Source: Patescibacteria group bacterium | GTDB taxonomy: Bacteria > Patescibacteriota > Microgenomatia > 0-14-0-10-38-17 | Assembly (NCBI GenBank): GCA_050953885.1 | Contig: JBMNNJ010000001.1 | Span: forward strand, 527,437-591,436 | Direction of reading: 5' to 3' | Length of the DNA stretch: 64,000 nucleotides | Shown here: piece after piece, positions 37,207-46,907 of the stretch | Layout: each line of letters begins with the position of its first letter | Numbering within the stretch: position 1 is the first letter of the stretch | Translations under genes and position numbers: made by a program | Notes under the pieces: model-generated | Told to the model about the DNA's origin: nothing | Databases searched by the model: none | The model's input: the letters and a program-made list of their open reading frames with translations, nothing else

Positions 37207-38265
37207 ATGGGCAAGAAAGACAAAAGTTCGGCTAAAAACAAGGCCTCTTGGCATTATTTCTGGTTTTGGCTTTTAACATTAGGCTTTTTTTGGCTAATTC
37301 TATTTGCTGTAAAATTTGATTTTTCAGAAAACTCCTCTGGAGCTTGGCTAGTTTTATTTCTCCTAAATATCCTTTTAGGGATAGTTTTCTTCTTAAGATT
37401 TATTGGTAACCTTTTTCAATCTTTTAAAAATAAAGATAAAAAAGAACCCATAAGGTATGGTTTTGCCGCTTTAGCTTTAATAATTTTATTCTTTACTTCT
37501 TTCTATACAGCTTCCCCTATTGCCAAGGCCTACTTCGCCCTGTCAAGTAGCGAAGTTAAGGGAGAACAAACAGCTAATGATCCCGCCAAACTTTCTCAGC
37601 CTGTAGAAGAAGCTAGTAGCGAAAAATCAAAACCCTCGATAAACAACAGTAATAGCGTCAATATCAATACGGTTGAGTGTATTGGCCCTGACGGGAAACA
37701 TTTTGATACAACTCTAGAGGAATGTACAGCCTTAAATGAAAAATGGGGTGAAGAAGTAAATTATATGGTTGATTGCCCAATTCATCAAAGTTGTGGTGGG
37801 GGGACCAAAAGAATGGCTAAAAAAGAGTGTGATAATTCTATTTGTTGTGAGGTTGGCGGAGTTTGGGAGCTGTACCTTTCTAAAACTGCTTGTCAACAGG
37901 CTCAAGATAAATATTGGAAAGATTATTATGATGATCTTTATGGTAAGGAGAGCAAGGAGTGGGAGGAAGAGCTTAATGGGAGATATAGTAATTCATCCAA
38001 TAACGAAAATATCCCCTATTCAGTCCCTCAAAACCCAGTTCCTGCCAACACCCCTATACCAACAGTAAAAGCGGATAATAATTATGCGAACTTAAGATGT
38101 AAAGGAGATGTTCGTCGTTGGCTGGAGACTCAAAAGAGTTTATTACGGCAATATGCGAGAGCGAAGAACATGCTAAATAGTAGCTGGTATGATTATGGAG
38201 TTTTTAGATTGGAAAGGGAAGCAAAAAATAAATTAGACGAATGCGATATTCTCTATCCTGTCTAA
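37207..38265 (+). CDS. Membrane protein with Cys-rich extracellular domain
   Basis: Three N-terminal TM helices; CIGPDGK, CDNSICC. Confidence 0.7.
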   Translation: MGKKDKSSAKNKASWHYFWFWLLTLGFFWLILFAVKFDFSENSSGAWLVLFLLNILLGIVFFLRFIGNLFQSFKNKDKKEPIRYGFAALALIILFFTSFYTASPIAKAYFALSSSEVKGEQTANDPAKLSQPVEEASSEKSKPSINNSNSVNINTVECIGPDGKHFDTTLEECTALNEKWGEEVNYMVDCPIHQSCGGGTKRMAKKECDNSICCEVGGVWELYLSKTACQQAQDKYWKDYYDDLYGKESKEWEEELNGRYSNSSNNENIPYSVPQNPVPANTPIPTVKADNNYANLRCKGDVRRWLETQKSLLRQYARAKNMLNSSWYDYGVFRLEREAKNKLDECDILYPV

Positions 38266-38353
38266 AGGTATTGAGAAAATTGCGATCGTTGTTCCTTATA
38301 ATTTTTAGTAAAATGATTTAAAGTATAGTTGTTGATATTTTTTATAAGCTTTT

Positions 38354-38662
38354 ATGAATAAAGAAATACAGAAAAGAAAACTTTTTTCTAAAAATAAAAA
38401 GACAAATTTGATTTTATTGATAGCGGGTCTGTTGGGGTTTATTAGCGGTGGTGCTGCAATTCAGTTTCCTGGACTAGTTGCGTTGATTGGCGGTGTTGGG
38501 GGATTAATTAAAAACAGGAAAATTGATGAAAAAGACAAAAAAATGCCTTGGGTGGTTTTGGTTTCGATTATTTTATTAGTTGTTGGTGTTATATCTCTCC
38601 TTGTGCTTTTTCTGATTAACCCAATTGAATCAATAGAGAGGTCAAGGCAGTTAGCTAACTAG
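38354..38662 (+). CDS. Hypothetical membrane protein
   Basis: Hydrophobic helices, operon context. Confidence 0.6.
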   Translation: MNKEIQKRKLFSKNKKTNLILLIAGLLGFISGGAAIQFPGLVALIGGVGGLIKNRKIDEKDKKMPWVVLVSIILLVVGVISLLVLFLINPIESIERSRQLAN

Positions 38663-38691
38663 ATTTTTAAGCAGTTAGTTTTCAATATTAG

Positions 38692-38991
38692 ATGAGTCTC
38701 AAAAAGCCTTCAATAATTGCTGGTGTTCTTCTTCTCCTTGCCATTCCCCCTATTTGGCCCTATGGTTATTATATTTTTCTTCGTTGGGTTATTTTTATTA
38801 CTTCAATAATTGTCGCTTGGGGATTCTATAAATCAAAACTAACCGCTTGGACATTTATTTTTGGGGCAATAGCCTTTTTGTTTAATCCAATAGCTCCAAT
38901 TTACTTGACTAAAAGCAACTGGATTACCATAGATTTTGTTTCGTCAATTTTTTTCTTTTTGGCAGCGTATTCAGCAAAGAAAAAAACATGA
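38692..38991 (+). CDS. DUF6804-like membrane protein
   Basis: PYGYYIFLRW and LFNPIAPIYL...W..ID motifs. Confidence 0.75.
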   Translation: MSLKKPSIIAGVLLLLAIPPIWPYGYYIFLRWVIFITSIIVAWGFYKSKLTAWTFIFGAIAFLFNPIAPIYLTKSNWITIDFVSSIFFFLAAYSAKKKT

Positions 38992-39980
38992 AAAAACTTT
39001 TATTGGTTTTGCTAGAAATATCTTTAGCCACGTTATGGTTGTTTAACTTCTGTGCAGGAATAGTGGGTGGGGCGTGGCTTTTGCTTTCTGGTGGATGGAA
39101 AATAGTTATTTTGGGGCTACTAATCTCAATTATCATGCCCTGGGCATATACCATAGCCCTTCTCCCAGCTTTCCCAATTACACTACTCTTGGCGAAAGTA
39201 GTTGAGAAAAAAAGTAGATTTTGGGTTTCTATGTTAGGATTTATTGTTGGTAGTTATCAATACCTCATATTGGCATTATGGGCGACGCTTGCTTTTGGGT
39301 GGTTTGTACTTGAATTTGAGGGCGGTTATTCACCTATTGCATTGATTTTATGGGGATACTCGGTTGTTATGGGGCCAATCGGTTACATGGCTTCAAAGGA
39401 AGTTTCTGATTCTACAGGAACTACGCTTGGGGTTCTATTCACCCAAATTTCATATATCACATTAGCAGTCAATTACCTTGTGGGTGGCAGTATAGAACAG
39501 GGCTACTTAATAGTGTGGCTCTTCCTGATTGTTTTTGCAGTGTTAGTTGTGTCGGTTCTTAATTTGGCTTTTCCCAAAAAAGCAGAGATCTCAGAAACCA
39601 CTTTGCCCATCATCGAGGATGGAAGAAAATATCCTACGTATTTTTCTAGATTGTTTAACGGAAGAATTAACAGAACAAGCTTTCTAATTGGAAATATTAT
39701 TATTTATGCGGTGGTTATTGCCCTAGTGTTCGTTTTAAATGAAACATTTTATAACATTGCAGCATATACAATCACGATAGTTTATAGTCTTTCTTTTTAT
39801 ATCAGGAGACTGCATGACTTAGGGAAAAGCGGTTGGTATATGTTGATAGGCCTAATCCCTCTTGCTAATTTAATCTTCTTGTTTTGGTTGCTACTCGCAT
39901 TGGGGCAAAATACTACCAACAAGTTTGGGAAACAGCCCTCAAAAGGAGTCAATATCAAAGAAATTTTAGCATTTGAATAA
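38988..39980 (+). CDS. Membrane protein with C-terminal DUF805 domain
   Basis: FNGRINR...IRRLHDLGKSGW...NKFG. Confidence 0.8.
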   Translation: MKKLLLVLLEISLATLWLFNFCAGIVGGAWLLLSGGWKIVILGLLISIIMPWAYTIALLPAFPITLLLAKVVEKKSRFWVSMLGFIVGSYQYLILALWATLAFGWFVLEFEGGYSPIALILWGYSVVMGPIGYMASKEVSDSTGTTLGVLFTQISYITLAVNYLVGGSIEQGYLIVWLFLIVFAVLVVSVLNLAFPKKAEISETTLPIIEDGRKYPTYFSRLFNGRINRTSFLIGNIIIYAVVIALVFVLNETFYNIAAYTITIVYSLSFYIRRLHDLGKSGWYMLIGLIPLANLIFLFWLLLALGQNTTNKFGKQPSKGVNIKEILAFE

Positions 39981-40500
39981 TTTATGAACTAAACAATGAA
40001 TAGTGGGGTGGACTAAAAAGCTAGATATAGTTCTTTTTGTCTAAAAAGGTACTCTTTTAACCACTGTCTCATTCGAGTATCATCCAAGCGCGGGAGCCAA
40101 GCTTGACGAGAGGCCGAATCGGCTATCTTGTCAAAAGGATTTACCTAGTCAAATCGGACTTTTTGCTCTTTAACTCTAAGCCCTGAAGCACCATCTTCAA
40201 AAGCAGCCGTTTTTCGTGGGCTTCAGAACTTTCAAACACTTTCCCAGCGTTTTCAGCCAGTTTTAGCAGGTAAGATGAGGTTACATAGTATTCCTCGTCG
40301 GCAAATTGTAGCTTCTCAATTTTCTTATTGATTGCCTTCTGTTTTGCCCGATACCCTTTTCGTTTTTTCTCTATAGTAGCTCTCAGTAATTTTCCGCTGC
40401 CTGGCGAATTGTTAAAAATTTTGGTAACCCTTTCTTAGCCCTCTGTAGATCTCAATAAAATTATACAAAAAACCAGGGTAAAATGGTATTATCAAAGTGA

Positions 40501-41541
40501 ATGAAAAAACATAATTTTCCTTGCCTTGTTCATGCCACTTTAATCTCTGCCCTTGTTTTGGCTTTATATTCCCTCTGGTTTGTCCTTCTTGACCGCAGGT
40601 TTGTTTTCCTCTATGGACATTTGCATAGCACTCCGTTTGATTTCAGGACTGTCAGTCGCTACTGGATGACTGGTTTGGTAGCAAGCGGTGCAGTTTTAAT
40701 CGCTTGCACAATCGTCAATCTGGTTATCAAAAAAGTGCGTCATGATTATCAACTGCCCGATTGGAAGGTAGTTTGGAAATATACCTGTTTAATTACGGCT
40801 TTACCTGTTTTTATTATCCTCACTTTTGTCGGTAAACCCCCAATACCCGCCTTGCTGTCTCTCTGGACTTTGGTAGTCCTTTTCGCTTCTTTAAGGCTGG
40901 CTTTGTATACCAGTAGCTTTATTGTTAATAACTTTCGCCAGTCAGTTTTTGCTTTCTTTGATGGTTTAGCCTTGATACCGATATTGCAGTTGCTTCCTCT
41001 TTCTTTTGATTATGGTTTGAGGAAAGCATTTCCACCAGTTACAGTAATCGCTCCACTGGTTATTATCTTGGTAGGATTATTTTGGTTGTGGATTATGACT
41101 TTGTTTTACAAGCGCTTCAAGCAGCCCTTTACTTCTTCAATAAATATCTTTCTCTCTGGCTTGGTTTCCACCTACCTTCTTTTGCCGCTTCTGCATTATG
41201 TTAACTCCCGCCCTGGATATATCAGGTATCTTTCCGATAGCGCTAACTTCTTTGCCAACGAAGTTTGGCTTCAGATAACTACTTTCCTGGTGGCTACTGG
41301 TGTTCTTTGGTGGATTGGTAAATGGAGAAAAAACAACGATTTCAATCCTGTCAAAAGCTTGCTGTTTTGGCTAACCCTACTTACTGTTGTCGGCTTCCTA
41401 ATAACGAATGTAACCGCAGGCAAGGAAACAGATATTTGGGTTTGTAAAAATGACCAGTGGGTAAAACAAGGCAACCCACCTTATGAAAAGCCTTTTGATG
41501 AGGAATGTGGGATAATTGATAAAGCATTCGAGGGATTATGA
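40501..41541 (+). CDS. Polytopic membrane protein
   Basis: About 9 TM helices; C-terminal WVCKNDQWVKQGNP mini-domain. Confidence 0.75.
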   Translation: MKKHNFPCLVHATLISALVLALYSLWFVLLDRRFVFLYGHLHSTPFDFRTVSRYWMTGLVASGAVLIACTIVNLVIKKVRHDYQLPDWKVVWKYTCLITALPVFIILTFVGKPPIPALLSLWTLVVLFASLRLALYTSSFIVNNFRQSVFAFFDGLALIPILQLLPLSFDYGLRKAFPPVTVIAPLVIILVGLFWLWIMTLFYKRFKQPFTSSINIFLSGLVSTYLLLPLLHYVNSRPGYIRYLSDSANFFANEVWLQITTFLVATGVLWWIGKWRKNNDFNPVKSLLFWLTLLTVVGFLITNVTAGKETDIWVCKNDQWVKQGNPPYEKPFDEECGIIDKAFEGL

Positions 41542-42230
41542 AAATAAATCTTAGTTTCCTAAGCCCCGACCTTTGAACACATTGCTGTCGCTTGTTATAT
41601 TCTCATTGCCCCTTCTTCGAGAAAGAGCCAGGCTGCCAGATGGCGCGATTATTGAGGTTATTTATTACCGCCCAATCTTTCTTTTACCTCTTATTTTTAA
41701 ATGCAGGATTGGTATCCCTTCTTTTTGATGATTGGTTTCTTCCTGGTTATTTACTTTTCCGCCTTCCTGGTTGTGGCTATTCTTCACACACAATTACACA
41801 CCCGATGTGCAACAGATTACTCCTGTTTGGAAGAGAGCAAACAAGTCAAAAGGCTAAAAACCTATTAACTTCCTTGTTTTTAAACTCAGGATATTCGAGG
41901 TAGTTTACTCAGTCTGTTCTTCGAAAAACATACCATCGCTAGAGCCAACTTTGACGAGAGGCCGAATCGGCTATCTTGTCAAAGGGGTTTATCCAGTTAT
42001 ATCGGACTTTTTTACCCTTTATCTCTAAGTTCTGAAGTGCCATCTTCAAAAGCAGGCGTTTTCCGCGAACTTCATTCGGCAGGTGTTAAGCTATTCCACC
42101 TGGAAGGTGGAAATCACTTTAGAAAACGGCGGCATGAATTTGGGAGATGAAAACTGGCCAATAAGGTACTATAAAGAAGTGCTGAGTGCCAGTTGAGCAA
42201 AAATTAAAACTCTGTTAACATACAACCAGA

Positions 42231-42809
42231 ATGAAATATATAGAGAAGGAAATAAAGTTTGAGATAAAGGATTTGCCGAAGCTTATTGATTGCTTAAAAA
42301 AGAACGGTGCGAAATTCCTAAATGAATCTAAAGAAAGAACGATCAGGCTAGATACTTCAGACGGCGCTTTGGAAAAAAAGGGCGTATTCCTTCGAGTAAG
42401 AGCGGGAAACAAGAACACAATCACGCTTAAAGAGAAGGTTGGTGATGACAGAGATGTTAGGGCAAGAAAGGAAACGGAATTTGAGATTAAGGATGTGGAT
42501 GCAATGGCATATATCTTAGAAAGATTAGGCTTTGACTATCTTCGGATTATGGAAAAATACAGAATTAATTTGGAATATAAGGGAACAAAGCTATCCATAG
42601 ATGAATTATCTATCGGATTTTACCTCGAAATTGAAGGGCCCGAAAGAAAGATTGAAGCGGTTGCCGAGGAATTGGGCTTTGATCTAAAAGAGAAAATACT
42701 GGTGACGTATTGGGATATTCTTGAAGAGTTTAACAAAAGGGATAAAACAAAAAGGAAAGATATCGTTTTCCCCAAAGAGTACCAGCCCAAACTTTTGGGG
42801 GCATACTGA
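42231..42809 (+). CDS. CYTH domain protein (class IV adenylate cyclase-like)
   Basis: EKEIKF (ExExK), LRVR, ITLK, EKYR, YLEIEG. Confidence 0.9.
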   Translation: MKYIEKEIKFEIKDLPKLIDCLKKNGAKFLNESKERTIRLDTSDGALEKKGVFLRVRAGNKNTITLKEKVGDDRDVRARKETEFEIKDVDAMAYILERLGFDYLRIMEKYRINLEYKGTKLSIDELSIGFYLEIEGPERKIEAVAEELGFDLKEKILVTYWDILEEFNKRDKTKRKDIVFPKEYQPKLLGAY

Positions 42810-43131
42810 AAGGCTTGTCCACCCGGAAAGTGTCTTAGCTTGACACCTGGAGTATATTTAGTTGTGTTTTATTACCAAGGAGTAAAAATATGCCAAGTGT
42901 GAACCTGGGACACCTGGAAGGTGTATTTACCAACTTTTTGCCATCAAGCCTTAAGCCCTGAAGGAAGTGTCACCTTCAAAAGTAGCCGTTTTTCGTGGAC
43001 TTCAGAACTTTCAAACAACTTACCTGTGTTTTGGGCAAGCTTCAGAAAGTTGGCTTATTCATTTTCTGATTGGTATAATGTCTTCATATAGTTAAACAAA
43101 TTTTGTTTACCGAAAGAAGGTGAATAAAATA

Positions 43132-43308
43132 ATGAGTATTCGAAAGGAAGTATTGTCAATGATTCCTAGTGAGGTTATAGGGCCTTCTGGGCAAGAAAGA
43201 TTGGGTCTCGAGCAAATAGGGTTGAAAGAATTATGTTCAAAGACTGACTTTATGAGTACCAAGAGAGGAGGTAGGGAGCCAGGGGTTAGGAAATGGGGAA
43301 GAGGATAA
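43132..43308 (+). CDS. Putative RiPP precursor peptide (58 aa)
   Basis: TG-TATAAT promoter at 43071-43079, SD GAAGGTG, directly upstream of RRE and cyclase-like genes. Confidence 0.6.
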   Translation: MSIRKEVLSMIPSEVIGPSGQERLGLEQIGLKELCSKTDFMSTKRGGREPGVRKWGRG

Positions 43309-43404
43309 GAGAAATTAAAAGAAGATTAAATTAGTGAGTGTGCCATGGTTAACACTTAAGGCGTAAGCTGTTTTAAAGGCAAGTCTTTTAAATTCTTAGT
43401 TAAT

Positions 43405-43677
43405 ATGTATTTTAAATTAAACAAGGACTCAATAATTTTCCTGGATTCTGATGCGCAAGAAGGTTACAAAACAATAGCCTATGACTGGAAGAATGATAAA
43501 ATTTTAGAAATCTCCCCTCCTCTTTATCATATTTTAAAAGCTTTAGATTCTTCAGGATCAGCGACCGAAGAAGATTTAGAAAAATGGATTAACACTTTTT
43601 CCGCTAACGATAATTCTGTAAAAAAAGCGATAGCTGATTTAATTGAGAGAGAGATAATTAACAAGTATGAATACTAA
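43405..43677 (+). CDS. PqqD-like RiPP recognition element
   Basis: 90 aa, three-strand plus three-helix pattern ending VKKAIADLIEREII. Confidence 0.65.
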   Translation: MYFKLNKDSIIFLDSDAQEGYKTIAYDWKNDKILEISPPLYHILKALDSSGSATEEDLEKWINTFSANDNSVKKAIADLIEREIINKYEY

Positions 43678-45289
43678 TTTTACTTTTACTTTTTCGCCAA
43701 GTACATCCTCGCTTGAACAATTAAGCAAACAGCTTAAAGATGTTATTTTGCCGGCAAAGGTATTTATTGAGAACAAAGAGATGGCTGTCTGGGGCTATTT
43801 TTCAAGCTACAGGCCTGAAATATCTGAAAACAGTTTGGCTGACGAGTTAAAAAAATACGGCTTTGGGCGAATTGCAAACAGCGATTGTGATTATCTTTTG
43901 TTTGTCTGGGACAAACAAACCAAAAAACTAATGGTGGGGCTTGATAATATAATGAGCATTTCATGTTACTTCACTATCTTAGACAACCAAATTGTCTTTT
44001 CTTCAAGTTTTTCGGAAATTAAAAACACCGTCTCTTACCATCAACCATTAATAGCTGACTTGGACGGCTTATTAACATATGTAACAAACGGAATGCATTC
44101 AACGGAACGGACCATCCTTGATTCAGTAAAATCAATTCCTCCTGGAAGCGTGGTTGATTTTGTTTTTGAACCTGGTATCTCGTATCAAATAAGCTCTTGT
44201 GTTGATATTGACGGTTTTCTTAATTCTTTGCCTAAAGACGAATTTAAAGATGAAAAAGAGTTTGCAAAGGCGCTGGAGTTAGTCTTAACGGATGCGGTGG
44301 CGCGCCGTTTGGAAAAAATTCCGCAAGGGACCCATATTGGCTGTGAAATCTCAAGTGGTTTTGACTGCACTTTGGTTGCTTATATCATGGCCAAGCTTAT
44401 TGGTCCGGAGAATTTTTATTGTTATTCGTTTTATTTTCCAGAAGGTTATGGTACAGAAAGTTTGGCAGTTATTCGCAAATTTGCAGATAAACATTCTCTG
44501 CAGTTAAGAGCGGTAGAGCTTAATCCCAAAGAGGGCTATGCACGGGATTATTTCAAACTTTGGGAAAATGATGATCTTTTGCAACTGCGCGCTGATTACT
44601 TCGGCGATTATATAAAATTATTAGAGAAATATACCCCTCGTTTACTTTTTACTGGCCAACACGGGGATGAGACTTATTCTCTTAAGGAATTGCTGTTGAC
44701 CGCAAAATATAATCGCCAGATGAGTTATTTTGATAATGTCTGGTGGTTGAAAAAGGATAACCAGGCTGTGCTTTATACACAAAAGGGCTTGGATTTGCTA
44801 CTTGATAGGGAGAGATTTAATAGCCGAGGAAGGTATCCTGTGTTTTATTCAGACATTAATTTAGCAGAGACAGCCTTGATAGATCAAGTCTATAGGAATT
44901 TTGGAACTCGCGAGGTGTCCCCTTATTTGGATTTGCAGGTGCTGTCGGTGGGAATAAGGCGAGGTTCGAAAAAGAAAGAAATAAAGGATGAGAAACAGCT
45001 CTATTTTCGATATCTTGATCATATATTTATTCCCGAGATGTTTATTCCCAAAAGGGGAGGAACAGAATTCGCTTTGGATTTTCCGAGAAATCAAAAAACT
45101 TTAATATCTTGGGTAATGGAGAATTCTGTTTTAGCCCAATCTGGGTTGATAGATCCTAAAAAGATTATGCAGATGATGGCCAATAAAAATAGCCCCCTTT
45201 ACAAAGACGCGTTTGTGGCTTTAGCTTTCGAATATTTGGTGAGGGCAGATTGGTATTTAATCAAGAACAAAATAAGTCTGCCGATATGA
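43667..45289 (+). CDS. Asparagine-synthetase-like (lasso cyclase-like) enzyme
   Basis: Degenerate Ntn N-domain without Cys1, SIPPG, ISSGFDC (SGGxDS-like), LFTGQHGDE, SPYLD. Confidence 0.82.
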   Translation: MNTNFTFTFSPSTSSLEQLSKQLKDVILPAKVFIENKEMAVWGYFSSYRPEISENSLADELKKYGFGRIANSDCDYLLFVWDKQTKKLMVGLDNIMSISCYFTILDNQIVFSSSFSEIKNTVSYHQPLIADLDGLLTYVTNGMHSTERTILDSVKSIPPGSVVDFVFEPGISYQISSCVDIDGFLNSLPKDEFKDEKEFAKALELVLTDAVARRLEKIPQGTHIGCEISSGFDCTLVAYIMAKLIGPENFYCYSFYFPEGYGTESLAVIRKFADKHSLQLRAVELNPKEGYARDYFKLWENDDLLQLRADYFGDYIKLLEKYTPRLLFTGQHGDETYSLKELLLTAKYNRQMSYFDNVWWLKKDNQAVLYTQKGLDLLLDRERFNSRGRYPVFYSDINLAETALIDQVYRNFGTREVSPYLDLQVLSVGIRRGSKKKEIKDEKQLYFRYLDHIFIPEMFIPKRGGTEFALDFPRNQKTLISWVMENSVLAQSGLIDPKKIMQMMANKNSPLYKDAFVALAFEYLVRADWYLIKNKISLPI

Positions 45290-45895
45290 GGTGTAGACGG
45301 GATTGAAAAGGAGGTTTTTTATCGGGAATACCGAAAATACTCGGCTTTAGAAAGAAAATTAAGAGGAAATAACATTTGTATTAGAGGTTTAAAAATCTAT
45401 CTACCTCTTTGCTTACAAATTCAGGATATTCCAGCTCTTTAGTCTAGTCTGTCCTTCGGAAAACATATTTAGTCCGCCGTAGATTTTAGCTTTAGCGAAG
45501 GAGACCCATTATTCGAGCCTATTGCACACCCCTATCCCACACCTATTGCCCGATGTGCAACAGATACGGCACATCGGCAAGATCAGTTTTCCCAGGTTAA
45601 ATGTTTAATCTTCTCCAACTCTTTCTGATAATTGACTTGATTAAAAATAAATCTCTGGTTAAATTAAAAAACGATTTTCCTATTTATCCCGATGTGCAAG
45701 GGGTAAATCACATCGGGTGCGAAGCAGTGGCGTGAACTTGTAGGGTAGATTTTACCCCCGCTTCGTACTTATTTGGTCAACAGGGGCAAGTTAAATTCTC
45801 CCTAGTAAAATTGTTTAAATTTATGCTAAAATTTAGTTGTTGTTATCAAGAGGCTTTTTAAGAAAGCCGCAAGAATAATTTTTTAAAATAAATAT

Positions 45896-46330
45896 ATGTG
45901 TCCTGTTTGTACCGTGGGCGTGGCGGCGGGGTTGGGTTTATCTCGCTGGCTTAAAGTTGACGATGCCATTTCCGGTCTTTGGATTGGGGCTTTAATTTTG
46001 GCCTTGGCTATTTGGTTTTGGCGATGGCTTTACCAAAAGAAGGCCCAGAAACCGTTTAGCGCCCTCTTGCTTTTGGTGGTGGCTTTTTGGCTTTTAACTT
46101 TTCTTCCCCTTAATTATGCCGGCATTCTTGAGGACTGCCGCCCTCTTTGGGGGATGAATCGCTTAATTTTAAGTTCAATTATTGGCGTGTTGGTGGCGCT
46201 CTTGGGCATTTTGCTTGATAAAGATATTAGAGCCGGCAAAAAAGGCAAGGCGGCCTTCCCTTACCAAAAAGTGGTTTTGCCCCTTACCCTTCTTCTTTTG
46301 GCCAGCTTGATGATGGCCTTAGTTTCTTAA
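45896..46330 (+). CDS. Conserved membrane protein with N-terminal CPVC
   Basis: MCPVCTVGVAAGLGLSRWLKVDDAISGLWIG...FPYQKV. Confidence 0.75.
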   Translation: MCPVCTVGVAAGLGLSRWLKVDDAISGLWIGALILALAIWFWRWLYQKKAQKPFSALLLLVVAFWLLTFLPLNYAGILEDCRPLWGMNRLILSSIIGVLVALLGILLDKDIRAGKKGKAAFPYQKVVLPLTLLLLASLMMALVS

Positions 46331-46338
46331 TTAAAACG

Positions 46339-46860
46339 ATGAATAAAGAGGAACTTTTAAAAAAAGTTAAAAATTTTAAAGAGAGCGACAAGGTTGATCT
46401 TTCTTCGAAAGAGGATTTAGCGGTGGCGGTGATGAATCTTATTAGCATCGAGGAGCATCTTTTCTTTACCTACAATAAAACCGGCGATAAGAAATATTTA
46501 GGTTTATTAAAAGAAGTCAGAGAAGGGCGCAAAAAGTATCTGGCCCAGATTGTTAAAAATCCCAAGGGAGAGCTTTGGTGCATTTCCAAGCATTTGTTGA
46601 GCGCTTCGATGAGGTTGATGGAGGTGGGCACCAAGAAATTAAATGAAGGAGAGGAAAAAGAGGCGAAGGAACTTTTTGAAAAAAGTTATGATCTTTGGAA
46701 TATTTTTTGGGGGCTTAACTTAGGCTTAATTGAGGCAAAAGATGTGCTGGCCGAAGAGGATGAGAAAGAAGAGATTAAGCTTGGGGAAGGGAAAAAGGTT
46801 TCCGTTTTTGCCAAATTGGGAGATGTTATCCAAAAAGTTTTGGATTGCTGTCGGGAGTAA
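46339..46860 (+). CDS. Conserved helical hypothetical protein
   Basis: MNLISIEEH, WCISKHLL, C-terminal DCCRE. Confidence 0.75.
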   Translation: MNKEELLKKVKNFKESDKVDLSSKEDLAVAVMNLISIEEHLFFTYNKTGDKKYLGLLKEVREGRKKYLAQIVKNPKGELWCISKHLLSASMRLMEVGTKKLNEGEEKEAKELFEKSYDLWNIFWGLNLGLIEAKDVLAEEDEKEEIKLGEGKKVSVFAKLGDVIQKVLDCCRE

Positions 46861-46907
46861 AACAAAGTTTAGGTTATCCCCTTTTCCCCTCAATTTTAGT
46901 TTTAAGA

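Larger units (their letters stand above)
40093..43045 (+). repeat. Dispersed direct repeats R1 (40093-40260), R2 (41941-42074), R3 (partial, 42950-43045)
   Basis: Identical 32 nt hairpin TTGACGAGAGGCCGAATCGGCTATCTTGTCAA at 40103 and 41951; CTTCAAAAG(C/T)AG..GTTTT..G.G..CTTCA in all three. Confidence 0.9.
36991..45800. mobile_element. Putative genomic island / cassette hotspot downstream of tRNA-Asn
   Basis: Visibly more AT-ending codons, all-plus accessory genes, long intergenic repeats; no integrase or attR seen; right boundary approximate. Confidence 0.55.

Noticed and set aside
41592-41903. 103 aa ORF in the island
   Set aside because: It has a TTG start, overlaps repeated non-coding segments and shows no recognisable motif.
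45290-45442. In-frame 50-codon extension after the cyclase TGA (contains NNICIRGL) as readthrough or a lasso peptidase remnant
   Set aside because: It has no start codon, its 3' part is the island repeat also seen near 41880, and TGA is an ordinary stop elsewhere (dnaG, virB4); too weak to call.
36991-45800. Classical integron or prophage
   Set aside because: No integrase, phage structural genes, attC consensus or tRNA 3'-end direct repeat was found.
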